Of a stretch of 64,000 nt of DNA, positions 1 through 9,102 are shown piece by piece. The notes under the pieces were generated by a model that saw nothing but the letters and a program-made list of their open reading frames with translations, was not told where the DNA came from and did no database searches. Source of the stretch: Actinomycetota bacterium (lineage in GTDB: Bacteria; Actinomycetota; Acidimicrobiia; Acidimicrobiales; MedAcidi-G1); contig PBLL01000039.1 in the NCBI GenBank assembly GCA_002721755.1, positions 2,089 through 66,088 of the forward strand. The letters are read 5' to 3'. Position numbers and translations under genes: made by a program. The stretch's first letter is position 1, and every line of letters begins with the position of its first letter.

Positions 1-2
1 AT

Positions 3-668
3 GCTTTTGCAGGAGAGATTGTCGGTGTCACTGGCGCGGAAGGTAATGGTCAGTCCTTATTGGCGGATGTTCTCTCAAGTCTCGTTCCGTTAGATGCAGG
101 ATCGATAAGTGTTGATGGTAAACAGATTTCCACAGGTGTTTCTGGAGCTATGAGTGAAGCTGGGATAGCAGTCATTCCGGAAGATAGACACCACTCTGGT
201 TGTGCTCTTGAGTTGACTGTTGCCGAGAATTTGATAGTTAATAGAGCTAAACAGTTGTCTCGATGGGGCATCATCAGAAAAGAAACTCGCGACCGTTTCG
301 TTAATGATTTGATCAAAAAATATGATGTCAAGGCTTCATCTGTAGAGCAAATTTTTGGAAATTTATCAGGTGGAAACCAACAAAAATGTGTAGTTGCTCG
401 TGAATTGTCTGCTAGCCCAAAGATTCTTGTTGCAGTTCAACCCACTAGAGGTCTTGATGTAGGTGCTATCGAGTTCATGATTGAACAAATCAAGTCAGCT
501 GCGGATAATGGTGTAGCGGTGGTTCTTATTTCAACAGAAATTGGAGAAGTTCTTGAGTTGTCAGATCGTTTGATCGTTATGTATAGAGGTCGTAATCAAT
601 TGGAAATGGTTCGCAAAGATTTTGAGGTTGAAGCCATCGGAGCAGCGATGGCTGGTGAGTCGCGATGA
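3..668 (+). CDS. ABC transporter ATP-binding protein, CUT2/nucleoside type (5'-truncated; second ATPase domain)
   Basis: Frame open from base 3 (AFAGEIVGVTGAEGNGQ); IPEDR, LSGGNQQK signature, QPTRGLDVGA. Confidence 0.9.
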   Translation, partial: AFAGEIVGVTGAEGNGQSLLADVLSSLVPLDAGSISVDGKQISTGVSGAMSEAGIAVIPEDRHHSGCALELTVAENLIVNRAKQLSRWGIIRKETRDRFVNDLIKKYDVKASSVEQIFGNLSGGNQQKCVVARELSASPKILVAVQPTRGLDVGAIEFMIEQIKSAADNGVAVVLISTEIGEVLELSDRLIVMYRGRNQLEMVRKDFEVEAIGAAMAGESR

Positions 669-1831
669 AAATTTTTCTATTTTCAGAAAAAGATAGATCG
701 GAAAATAACTTCTTCAAGTTGTTTGATTCAGCATATTTAAATGACACAAGAAAGTTATTGTTTGCATTTCTAGTTTTATTCTGTTTAGCCGGCGGTTTGT
801 TCTTTTCTGGTCTTTTAGTTGCGGCGGTAGGTGGTTCCCCGACAAAGGTTTTGTCAAGTTTAATTGAAGGGAGTTTCCAAACTTCCGGAGCATTTGGTAG
901 AACGTTAGTAGAAGCGGTTCCTTTGCTTTTAGTTTCCATTGGTGTAATAGTTTCGTTCCGGGCTGGTCACTACAACATAGGTACAGAAGGACAAGTAGCA
1001 ATTGGAGCCCTCTTTTCGGCTGTTATAGCGCTACAAGTATCCGGACCTGAATGGTTTGTAATTGTCCTAGCAATTCTTGGGAGTTTTTTAGGTGGAGCTA
1101 TTTGGTCTGGAATTGCTGTTGGAGCGTATTTGTGGAGAAGAGTGGATGTGATGATCAGCACTCTTCTGCTCACATTTATTGCTCCAAATGTAGTTTTGTT
1201 TGCAGTAAGCAAAGATTATTTGCTATTAGATACGACAAAGTCCAATACTCGACTGGCTTCTCAAAGTGAGCGTGTGCCTGTAGAGAAGAGGCTTCCTGAA
1301 TTCGAGGTATTTGGTCAAGAACTGCATTGGGGAGTTGTGGTAGCGGTAGTACTTTCACTTTTACTAACAGTTTTACTGGGAAAATCTGTTTGGGGTTTAA
1401 AAGTTCGTTTACTGGGCGCTAATTTCGTTACTGCTAAAAGGTTTGGAGTGACTCAAGGTAAAGAAGGCGCTACTGCATTGCTACTTTCGGGAGGCTTCTC
1501 AGGTCTTGCAGGGGGAATGATTGTCATGGGGAGTGCTTTCCGTTTACAGAGTCATATAGCCAATGACTTCGGATGGGACGGCCTACTTTCTGCACTCGTG
1601 TCGAGATTGAATGGCTATTTCGCGTTGTTGTCATCCATTTTTTTTGCTGCGTTAAGAACAGGGTCGAGTTTTTTAGCGGCCACAGGCGTTTCGCGCACTA
1701 TTACTAGTGTCATACAAGGTTTGATGGTTATAGCTGCTTTAATGCCTGCAGCTTTGATTGTTGTTATAAGCCGGTCAGATTTCGGAAGGAAAAGATTTGG
1801 AAACCAGAAAAAAGGAGAGGATGAATGTTAG
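665..1831 (+). CDS. ABC transporter permease (nucleoside/BMP-associated family)
   Basis: Multi-TM; NIGTEGQ motif; ATGA overlap with the ATPase gene. Confidence 0.88.
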   Translation: MKIFLFSEKDRSENNFFKLFDSAYLNDTRKLLFAFLVLFCLAGGLFFSGLLVAAVGGSPTKVLSSLIEGSFQTSGAFGRTLVEAVPLLLVSIGVIVSFRAGHYNIGTEGQVAIGALFSAVIALQVSGPEWFVIVLAILGSFLGGAIWSGIAVGAYLWRRVDVMISTLLLTFIAPNVVLFAVSKDYLLLDTTKSNTRLASQSERVPVEKRLPEFEVFGQELHWGVVVAVVLSLLLTVLLGKSVWGLKVRLLGANFVTAKRFGVTQGKEGATALLLSGGFSGLAGGMIVMGSAFRLQSHIANDFGWDGLLSALVSRLNGYFALLSSIFFAALRTGSSFLAATGVSRTITSVIQGLMVIAALMPAALIVVISRSDFGRKRFGNQKKGEDEC

Positions 1832-2742
1832 GGGATATAGAAACCGTTCTTGAGTCTTCGGTTCGATTGGGCCACATTTTCCTCTTTGCCGCTTTAGGAG
1901 AGTATGTCGCAGAGCGTGCAGGGACAATAAATATTTCTCTTGAGGGAATGCTATTAGCAGGAGCCTATGGGGGAGCCTTAGGTGCTTCTGAAACTGGATC
2001 TCCTGTATTTGGTATTTTCGCCGGAATCATTGCTGGTTTTCTAGTTGCTTATTTACAGGCACTTCTTTCGCATCGACTTAATATCGATCAATTTGTTGTC
2101 GGGATAGCTTTGACTGTTCTAGTAATTGGTTTAACAACTTTTTTATTTTTAGAAATAAAAATGATTCCAGGTCGTATACATGAGTTCGAAATTCCTTTAC
2201 TTGTCGAAATTCCTTTGATAGGAAAAGCATTATTTGCACAAAGATGGCTTGGTTACGTAGCGTTTTTTCTGCCAGTTTTGATTTGGCGAATGGTCAACCA
2301 TACACGCTGGGGTTTAGAAGTCAGATCTGTAGGTGAAGATCCGGCTGCGGCAAACGTAAATGGTATACCAGTTTTGAAAAGAAGACGTCAGTCAATATAT
2401 GTGGCTGGCTTATGTGCAGGCCTTGCAGGGGCTTATCTTTCATTGGCTGTCACGGGTGCATTTTCGCAAAATATGTCTGCGGGTAAAGGAGTTGTTGCAA
2501 TAGCTGCTGTTTTATTTGGAGGTTGGACATTGGTAGGAACGATATTCGGTTCTTTCCTATTCGGTTTCGCTGATGCATTGGGTCTTTCATTGCAAATTAT
2601 TGGCCTCGATATTATCCCTGGACCGATTTTGGATTCGATGCCTTATTTATTGGCTCTTATAGGGCTTTTGACAATAGCTAATTTAAGTAGAAAGCCAGCT
2701 GCTTTAGCTTCAAAGTTCGATCCCTCTGGTGACAGTAGCTAA
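1825..2742 (+). CDS. ABC transporter permease (second subunit, nucleoside type)
   Basis: ERAGTINISLEG, RSVGEDPAAA and C-terminal PAAL motifs; multi-TM. Confidence 0.88.
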   Translation: MLGDIETVLESSVRLGHIFLFAALGEYVAERAGTINISLEGMLLAGAYGGALGASETGSPVFGIFAGIIAGFLVAYLQALLSHRLNIDQFVVGIALTVLVIGLTTFLFLEIKMIPGRIHEFEIPLLVEIPLIGKALFAQRWLGYVAFFLPVLIWRMVNHTRWGLEVRSVGEDPAAANVNGIPVLKRRRQSIYVAGLCAGLAGAYLSLAVTGAFSQNMSAGKGVVAIAAVLFGGWTLVGTIFGSFLFGFADALGLSLQIIGLDIIPGPILDSMPYLLALIGLLTIANLSRKPAALASKFDPSGDSS

Positions 2743-2754
2743 GAAAGGATAATT

Positions 2755-3429
2755 ATGGATAAACAGGAAAGTTGGGTGAAATTCGACCCTTCAGAAAAAT
2801 CTGCCGCTGATAGACAGTTTTTGCTATCTCAATTAGTCGTGCCGCGTCCTATAGCGATGATTTCAACTGTCGGTGAAGACGGAGTTCTAAACGTAGCGCC
2901 AATGAGCTATTTTCTGCCTATAACAGGAAGCCCAATGCTTGTAGGAGTGAGTATGGGTTTGCGCGAAGATGGAGAACAGAAACATACCTATCTAAATGCT
3001 TTACACACTGGTGATTTTGTAATCAATATCACTAGCGAAAATCTTTCAGAAAAAATTGAAATCGTTGCCTTGGAATCACCACATACAGCAGATGAGTATG
3101 AAATGGCTGGTTGGACTTCATGCCAATCTGAAATGGTTACTTCTCCTGGAATTTCTGAGGCTCGTGCAAGACTTGAATGCGAGATTAGAGAAATTGTTGA
3201 ACTGGGAGAAGCTGGTGTTCCTTTCGGAGAGGTTCATCTTGTAGTGGCTGAGGTTGTTTGGGCAACTTATTCAGATTCAATTCTTAATGAGAGGGGTCGA
3301 ATAGATCCAGCTTTATTAGAGCCTGTGGGACGTTTAGGTCTTCGCTCATTTATAAGTGCAGGAGAAAAAGGCGTTTTTTCGATTGAACGAGTTTCATGGG
3401 AAGAATATCTATCGACTAAAGATGATTAG
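2755..3429 (+). CDS. Flavin reductase-like FMN-binding protein (DIM6/NTAB family)
   Basis: VVPRPIAMIST, NVAPMSYF, LECE and PVGRLG motifs; AAGGA RBS. Confidence 0.85.
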   Translation: MDKQESWVKFDPSEKSAADRQFLLSQLVVPRPIAMISTVGEDGVLNVAPMSYFLPITGSPMLVGVSMGLREDGEQKHTYLNALHTGDFVINITSENLSEKIEIVALESPHTADEYEMAGWTSCQSEMVTSPGISEARARLECEIREIVELGEAGVPFGEVHLVVAEVVWATYSDSILNERGRIDPALLEPVGRLGLRSFISAGEKGVFSIERVSWEEYLSTKDD

Positions 3430-3444
3430 TTAAAGGGTTGTTAT

Positions 3445-4305
3445 GTGAATCAATCTAGAGTTTTAAAACCCACTTCTCTAAATGAGGCTATTTCTATCTT
3501 GAAGAAGTTCGGTGATGAGTCCAGAGTCATCGCGGGCGGTCAATCTTTGGTGCCATTGATATCGCTAGGTCTTGCTGATCCAAATTTTCTAGTTAGCTTA
3601 GAAAATTGTAGAGACTTAATTGAAGTAACTGCAGATGAGAATTTTATTGAAATTGGCGCGATGGTCACAGTCTCGCAAATTCTTAAATCAGATTTAATAA
3701 GAGATTCCTTGCCTGTGTTGCATTGCGCCGCAAAAAATGTTGCAACTCCTCATGTTAGAAATTTTGGAACTCTTGTCGGTAACGTGTGTCATGCAGATCC
3801 GAGTAGTGACGTAATCCCATCATTGTTGTGTTGTGATGCTCGTGTGCATCTAGTTTCGACTGAGCAAAGTCGAGTAATTAATTTGGATGATTATATAGAA
3901 GCTCCTTTCATGATCTCAATAAAAGAAGGAGAATTGGTAACTGCAGTTTCTGTTCCTCGCACTGAATCTAATGAATTGTTTTCATATAAGAAAGTAGCTA
4001 GGAGGGCTGGAGATCTCGGAATTGCAACTTGTGCGGTAATTCTTAAAGTAGACAAAAAGTTATTGACTGATGTGAAAATTTCTTTGGGAGGTTATGTCCA
4101 AAGGGCGACCAGACTGAGAAATATCGAGAAAAAATTAATAAATCTTTCAGTTGATGATTTTCATCTTCGAATTAATGAAACAAAGATCATCGACGAAGTA
4201 AATCAAATACTTCTCCCTGCAGGCGGGTTGAGTGGTGATTATCTTTCTGAAACTTTTGACAGATTGGTTCGTTCTACATTAGAGAGTGCATTAAATGGAA
4301 ACTGA
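3445..4305 (+). CDS. Xanthine dehydrogenase/CoxM-family FAD-binding subunit
   Basis: IAGGQSLVP, VRNFGTLVGN and HADPSSD motifs. Confidence 0.9.
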   Translation: MNQSRVLKPTSLNEAISILKKFGDESRVIAGGQSLVPLISLGLADPNFLVSLENCRDLIEVTADENFIEIGAMVTVSQILKSDLIRDSLPVLHCAAKNVATPHVRNFGTLVGNVCHADPSSDVIPSLLCCDARVHLVSTEQSRVINLDDYIEAPFMISIKEGELVTAVSVPRTESNELFSYKKVARRAGDLGIATCAVILKVDKKLLTDVKISLGGYVQRATRLRNIEKKLINLSVDDFHLRINETKIIDEVNQILLPAGGLSGDYLSETFDRLVRSTLESALNGN

Positions 4306-4771
4306 AAAAGTAGAAGTCTCGTTAAGCGTAAATGGGTCTTTAAGAACGATTACTTGCAAGCAATTCAGTACTTTGCTTGATGTTATTAGAGAAGACCTTG
4401 GTTTATTAGGAACTAAGTATGGTTGTGGGATTGGGTATTGCGGAGCTTGCACAGTGCTCGTAGATGATAGCCCAGCACATTCTTGTTGTTTACTGGTTGA
4501 GTCAGTAAAAGAAAAGGAAATAACAACAGTTGAGAATGCAGAGAATGATCGCGTTTTACAAAAAATACAGGATCATTTTTTAAAAGAAGGAGCAATCCAA
4601 TGTGGGTATTGCATACCGGGAATTGTAATGACTGTAAGAGGATTGTTGGAGGAGTCCAACGAGGAAGTCACTGAAGAGTTATTACGGGAATATCTGAATG
4701 GCAATATTTGTAGATGCAGTGGGTATGCGAGCATAGTGAGAGCAAGCCTAGAGGCATGTCGCAATGAGTAA
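4295..4771 (+). CDS. CoxS-family 2x[2Fe-2S] subunit
   Basis: GCGIGYCGACTV...SC and QCGYCIPG...NICRC motifs. Confidence 0.93.
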   Translation: METEKVEVSLSVNGSLRTITCKQFSTLLDVIREDLGLLGTKYGCGIGYCGACTVLVDDSPAHSCCLLVESVKEKEITTVENAENDRVLQKIQDHFLKEGAIQCGYCIPGIVMTVRGLLEESNEEVTEELLREYLNGNICRCSGYASIVRASLEACRNE

Positions 4772-6941
4772 AATTTCACAGCAGGACCGTTTATTAGGTA
4801 AATCTTTAGAGAGGTCTGACGGTCGAAGTAAAGCAGAAGGGAAAGCTCTTTATTTACGTGACATGGTTCTGCCGGATTTAACTTTTGCCGCTGTAATAAG
4901 GTCTTCAGTGCCAAGGGCGAGAGTTAAAGAGATTGACAAATTGTCTGCTTTGCAGATTTCAGGAGTAATTGATGTAATTACCGCAGAAGACGTAGAAGAA
5001 TTTCATCCTGTAAGTATTTTCCCAAATTCGCCTAAAATACAAAGAATTCTGACTCACACTCCACAGTTTGTTGGAGATGCTGTTGGTGCAGTTGTTGCAG
5101 AGTCTTTTGAATTGGCAAGAAAAGTAGCGGATGAAATTGAAATTGAATTTGATGAACTTTCTAGTTGTTTGACGATTGAAGAATCTTTGTTAAATGAAGT
5201 AGTAATTCACGAATCGATGTCGGACAATCTCGCAGGTCCTGTCATTAATCATTCAAATGGGAATTTTGAGGACACTATAGAAAAGTGTACTTATGTTTTT
5301 GAAGGAGAGTATGAAACACAGCGACAATGCGCTCAAACAATTGAAGCGATGGCATGTGTTTGCGATTGGAGCGATCAAAATCTTTTGCGTGTTTGGACAC
5401 ACTTAGATTCGATGTTTCATTTTCGAGATTCTTTAGCTGAAATTCTTGGTCTTGATGCGGATTCAGTTGTGGTGGAGCCTCCTGAGGCGCTTGGTGCGAC
5501 ATTTGGACTAAAAAACAGCATTATTGCTTCGTTAGAACCATTGTGTGCTGTTTTATCAAGAAGAGTTGGTAGACCAGTTAAATTGCAATTAACTCCTGAG
5601 GAGTCAATTTTTACGACTGTAAGTCGACATCCTTCAAAGATAAGACTTATCACAGGTTTGGACGAAGAGAAGAAAATTGTAGCCAGAAAAGCAGAAGTTC
5701 TTCTAGATTCAGGCGCTTATGGTTGGGGTTACGTAGTTGCATTAAGCATGTTAGGTAAGTGGGTGTGTCTCTATCCCTGTGAGCATCTTGAGTTTGCAGC
5801 CACCTCTGTTTATACGAATCACATTTCTGGTGGTGCTTATAGGGCAGTTGGAACGGCTCAGATACATTTTGCGATGGAGTCACAAATTGATGAAATTTGC
5901 AAAGAGCTTAATCTTGATCCTCTGTCTTTTCGTTTGGTCAATGCCGCAAAAGTAGGAGACAAATTACCTATGGGAACCCAGATTAGGTCTTGGGGATTAA
6001 AAGAATGTCTAGAAGAAGGTGCGGAAATATTTAAATGGGATGAGAGAAAAAGGCGTAGACCCAAAATTTTGAGTAATTTCGAAACACTACGTGGTACAGG
6101 CATGGCGATAGGGATGCATCATGCTGGACTTACAGGTTTGATACCAAACCCAGAAGGTTCAAAGTGTGAAGCGCTTATAGCTGAAGATGGCAAATTCGAG
6201 TTTCGTGTAGGTGTTGTAGAAAAAGGTCAAGGTTCAGTCACCACCCTAGAGATAGTTGCAGCAGAAGTTCTTGCTGTGGATATTGAACAGGTAAAAATTG
6301 TCAATTTGGGCACTTCAGCCGTTCCTTTTGATTACAGCGGTGCAGAAGCAAGTCGCACTACTTATGTGATTGGAAGAGCTGTTGCTGATGCAGCAGTAAA
6401 AATTAGAGAAATTTTAGATTCTTCTAAAAAAAGTCCTGTGGAGTTGGCTGGACATTCGGTAATAGGCGAGTTCGTACCCAGAGATAATGATCCACTTCCT
6501 GTAATTGGAGCACATTTTTGTGAAGTCGAAGTCGATTCTGTTTCAGGAGTTGTCTCTGTGGTTCGGTATGTAGCTGCTCAAGATGTTGGAAAAATTATTA
6601 ATTTAAATGGTTGCCTGGGACAGGTTGAAGGGGGAATCCATCATGGATTGGGTTTTGCATTGCTTGAAGAACTTGAATATGAAGAAGGGTTTCCTATGAA
6701 TCCAAATTTTATGGGTTATAAAGTGTTAATGGCTTCCGATATGCCGAAAATTGAGGTAGTGCTAGTGGAGAATTCAGATCCAGACGGGGGACCTTTTGGA
6801 GCAAAGGGTCTAGGAACGCCTGTGATGCCAGCAGTTGCACCTGCAGTCGCAAACGCAATAGCTGATGCTATTGGTGCGAGGATTTGTGAGTTGCCAATAA
6901 CTCCTTACAAAGTAATGGAAGTTTTGGTCAAAGAAATATAG
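4764..6941 (+). CDS. Xanthine dehydrogenase-family molybdopterin-binding subunit (divergent; substrate unknown)
   Basis: Hammerhead N-terminus, AYRAVG loop, QDVGKIIN..GQVEGG, GPFGAKGLGTP; follows the medium and small subunits. Confidence 0.9.
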   Translation: MSKISQQDRLLGKSLERSDGRSKAEGKALYLRDMVLPDLTFAAVIRSSVPRARVKEIDKLSALQISGVIDVITAEDVEEFHPVSIFPNSPKIQRILTHTPQFVGDAVGAVVAESFELARKVADEIEIEFDELSSCLTIEESLLNEVVIHESMSDNLAGPVINHSNGNFEDTIEKCTYVFEGEYETQRQCAQTIEAMACVCDWSDQNLLRVWTHLDSMFHFRDSLAEILGLDADSVVVEPPEALGATFGLKNSIIASLEPLCAVLSRRVGRPVKLQLTPEESIFTTVSRHPSKIRLITGLDEEKKIVARKAEVLLDSGAYGWGYVVALSMLGKWVCLYPCEHLEFAATSVYTNHISGGAYRAVGTAQIHFAMESQIDEICKELNLDPLSFRLVNAAKVGDKLPMGTQIRSWGLKECLEEGAEIFKWDERKRRRPKILSNFETLRGTGMAIGMHHAGLTGLIPNPEGSKCEALIAEDGKFEFRVGVVEKGQGSVTTLEIVAAEVLAVDIEQVKIVNLGTSAVPFDYSGAEASRTTYVIGRAVADAAVKIREILDSSKKSPVELAGHSVIGEFVPRDNDPLPVIGAHFCEVEVDSVSGVVSVVRYVAAQDVGKIINLNGCLGQVEGGIHHGLGFALLEELEYEEGFPMNPNFMGYKVLMASDMPKIEVVLVENSDPDGGPFGAKGLGTPVMPAVAPAVANAIADAIGARICELPITPYKVMEVLVKEI

Positions 6942-6968
6942 AAGGATTCAAATAATAAGGAGGCATGA

Positions 6969-8003
6969 ATGAAGGCAGTTTTATATCACGAACCAGGAGG
7001 ACCTGAGGTTCTTAAATTTGAAGAAGTTGAGGATCCGGTTCCTGGGAAAGGTGATGTTGTAGTCGAGGTGGCTGCTACTTCTTTGAATCGTTTAGATGTT
7101 TTGCAAAGAAACGGTTGGTTTCAGATGCCGGGCTTTGTTTATCCTCATATTTCTGGAATGGACATTGCTGGAACTGTGATTGAAATAGGCGAAGATGTTT
7201 CGAATGTTCAATTAGGTGATCGGGTTGTAGTAGATCCATCTCTTGCAGGTGTTTCAGATGCTTCTTCTCTAGCAGGCAGAGGTGATTTATTTGGAGAGCT
7301 CGGGATTTTAGGAGCTAATGCTGATGGAGGGTATGCCGAAAAGTGTTTGGCTCCTGCTTCACACGTTTATTTGATTCCTGATGAAATTAGCTTTGAAGAT
7401 GCTGCAACTTTTCCTACCTGCTATATGACTGCTTCGCATTCTTTATTCAAAGTTGGAAAGCTTAAAAAAGGTGAAACGGTAATTATCCACGCAGCAGGAT
7501 CTGGGGTAGGAGTAGCCGCAATTCAGTTAGCTAAAAATGCTGGTGCCACTGTTTTAGCTACTGCTGGCACAGATGATAAGTGTGAACGTGCCATGCAACT
7601 TGGGGCTTCACATGTGATGAATAACCGAGAAGGCGATTTAGCTGCATGGGCCCGAGAGATCACTCAAGGCGAAGGAGTAAGGATGGTTATGGACTGTGTG
7701 GGTACAGCCTTGTTTGGCGCTTCACTCTTTGCTATTGGAGTGAAAGGAAGATTAGTAAATTGTGGTAATGCATCTGGAGATGAGGCAGTAATTCCATCTT
7801 TAGGTTATGTATTTCACTCAGGTATTTCTATACATGGTTCAGATCCCTATGAGCCTGAGGAATTCGGACCAGTTTGGGAAGAATTTTGTTCAGGCAATTA
7901 TAAGACAGAGATTGATTCTATTTACCCGTTGAAGGATGCTGGCGAAGCCCAAGAAAAAATGTTGAGTGGTGCTTTCTTTGGGAAAATTCTTCTAACCCCA
8001 TAA
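6969..8003 (+). CDS. MDR-superfamily NAD(P)H quinone/enone oxidoreductase (apparently Zn-independent)
   Basis: GGPEVL, SLNRLD, HAAGSGVG, GKILL; no Zn-binding Cys pattern. Confidence 0.85.
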   Translation: MKAVLYHEPGGPEVLKFEEVEDPVPGKGDVVVEVAATSLNRLDVLQRNGWFQMPGFVYPHISGMDIAGTVIEIGEDVSNVQLGDRVVVDPSLAGVSDASSLAGRGDLFGELGILGANADGGYAEKCLAPASHVYLIPDEISFEDAATFPTCYMTASHSLFKVGKLKKGETVIIHAAGSGVGVAAIQLAKNAGATVLATAGTDDKCERAMQLGASHVMNNREGDLAAWAREITQGEGVRMVMDCVGTALFGASLFAIGVKGRLVNCGNASGDEAVIPSLGYVFHSGISIHGSDPYEPEEFGPVWEEFCSGNYKTEIDSIYPLKDAGEAQEKMLSGAFFGKILLTP

Positions 8004-8010
8004 TTATAAT

Positions 8011-9102
8011 ATGGCTGATAATCCTTATCCGGAGTTGAAGAAAACCCACACGATGGCTCGTAAAGGTCGTCCATGGACTGATTACAAGCCTCCACCTTCA
8101 GCTCCTGTTTGGGGAGTCATCGAAGGTTTGGGCTCCTATTATATTTTGCTAGCTGCTATCGAATTGAATGTTTTTGACACACTTCAGTCTCTTGGCCCTT
8201 CTCGAGTTGATGTTTTAGCTGAAAAACTTGGAGTTTCTGAAGCCCACTTGCAATCGCTTTTAGATTCTTTAGTGGCGCTTCAACTTTTGGATCAGTTCGT
8301 TGATATCTATGAACTTAATGACACATGCGAACGGTATTTAACTAGTGAAGGTGAAGCTTCAATGGCGGATTTAATTTCAGTTGCTCCGGGACCACATGAT
8401 AATTGGAAAAATTTGGCCGAAACGATTATTAATGGTCGTCCCAGTTCCCCCATAGAGGAAGATCCAACATCTTTTTATGTCCCTCTTGTCGAGGGGACTT
8501 TTACGACGATGCTTAGAGCTGCTACTAGAACTGATCTAAAAATCCGTTACAGCAAAACCCCAGATTTGCATGTTTTGGATTTGGGGGCTGGTGGCGCTCC
8601 TTGGTCTATTGCTGTTTTGAAGGCATGTCCAGGAGCAACTGCTGTAATAAATGATTTTTCTGAAGTTTTAGAAGTAGCTAAACGTAAAACTACTGAAAGT
8701 GAAGTTTTTGAAAGATGTGAATTTCGAGCGGGAGACTTTCACGATGTAGAAGTTGAAGATAATTTCTACGACATGGTTTTTCTTGGTCATGTTTGTAGAA
8801 CTGAGGGTGAGGAAGGCGCTAAAGGACTTATCGAGAGGGCATTTTCGGCTTTGAAGCCTGGAGGAAGGCTTCTTTTAGCTGATTATTTCATTGATTTGGA
8901 AAGAAAATTTAATCCCCATGGGGTTTTAATGGCAATGACGATGATGGCAAGTACGATGAACGGTTTCCAGATATCCAATGAACAAGTCACATCCTGGTTG
9001 CGAAACAGCGGATTTAAGGATTTGCGTTTGATCGAACCTATAGGTTTTCAATTTGTATACGTAGGAACGAAACCATTTGATATAGCAAAGGAGCAGAAAT
9101 GA
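8011..9102 (+). CDS. SAM-dependent methyltransferase with N-terminal dimerisation domain (Methyltransf_2/ASMT-like)
   Basis: AAIELNVFD wHTH dimerisation region, VLDLGAGG, GDFH and ALKPGGRLLLAD motifs. Confidence 0.87.
   Translation: MADNPYPELKKTHTMARKGRPWTDYKPPPSAPVWGVIEGLGSYYILLAAIELNVFDTLQSLGPSRVDVLAEKLGVSEAHLQSLLDSLVALQLLDQFVDIYELNDTCERYLTSEGEASMADLISVAPGPHDNWKNLAETIINGRPSSPIEEDPTSFYVPLVEGTFTTMLRAATRTDLKIRYSKTPDLHVLDLGAGGAPWSIAVLKACPGATAVINDFSEVLEVAKRKTTESEVFERCEFRAGDFHDVEVEDNFYDMVFLGHVCRTEGEEGAKGLIERAFSALKPGGRLLLADYFIDLERKFNPHGVLMAMTMMASTMNGFQISNEQVTSWLRNSGFKDLRLIEPIGFQFVYVGTKPFDIAKEQK

Noticed and set aside
3445-6941. Aerobic CO dehydrogenase (coxMSL gene order)
   Set aside because: The large subunit has AYRAVG, not form I AYxCSFR or form II AYxGAGR, and no coxDEFG accessory genes are adjacent.
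8011-9102. DsyB (DMSP synthesis) or RosA orthologue
   Set aside because: Only the general fold is shared; I cannot see family-specific motifs, and orthology cannot be supported without a search.
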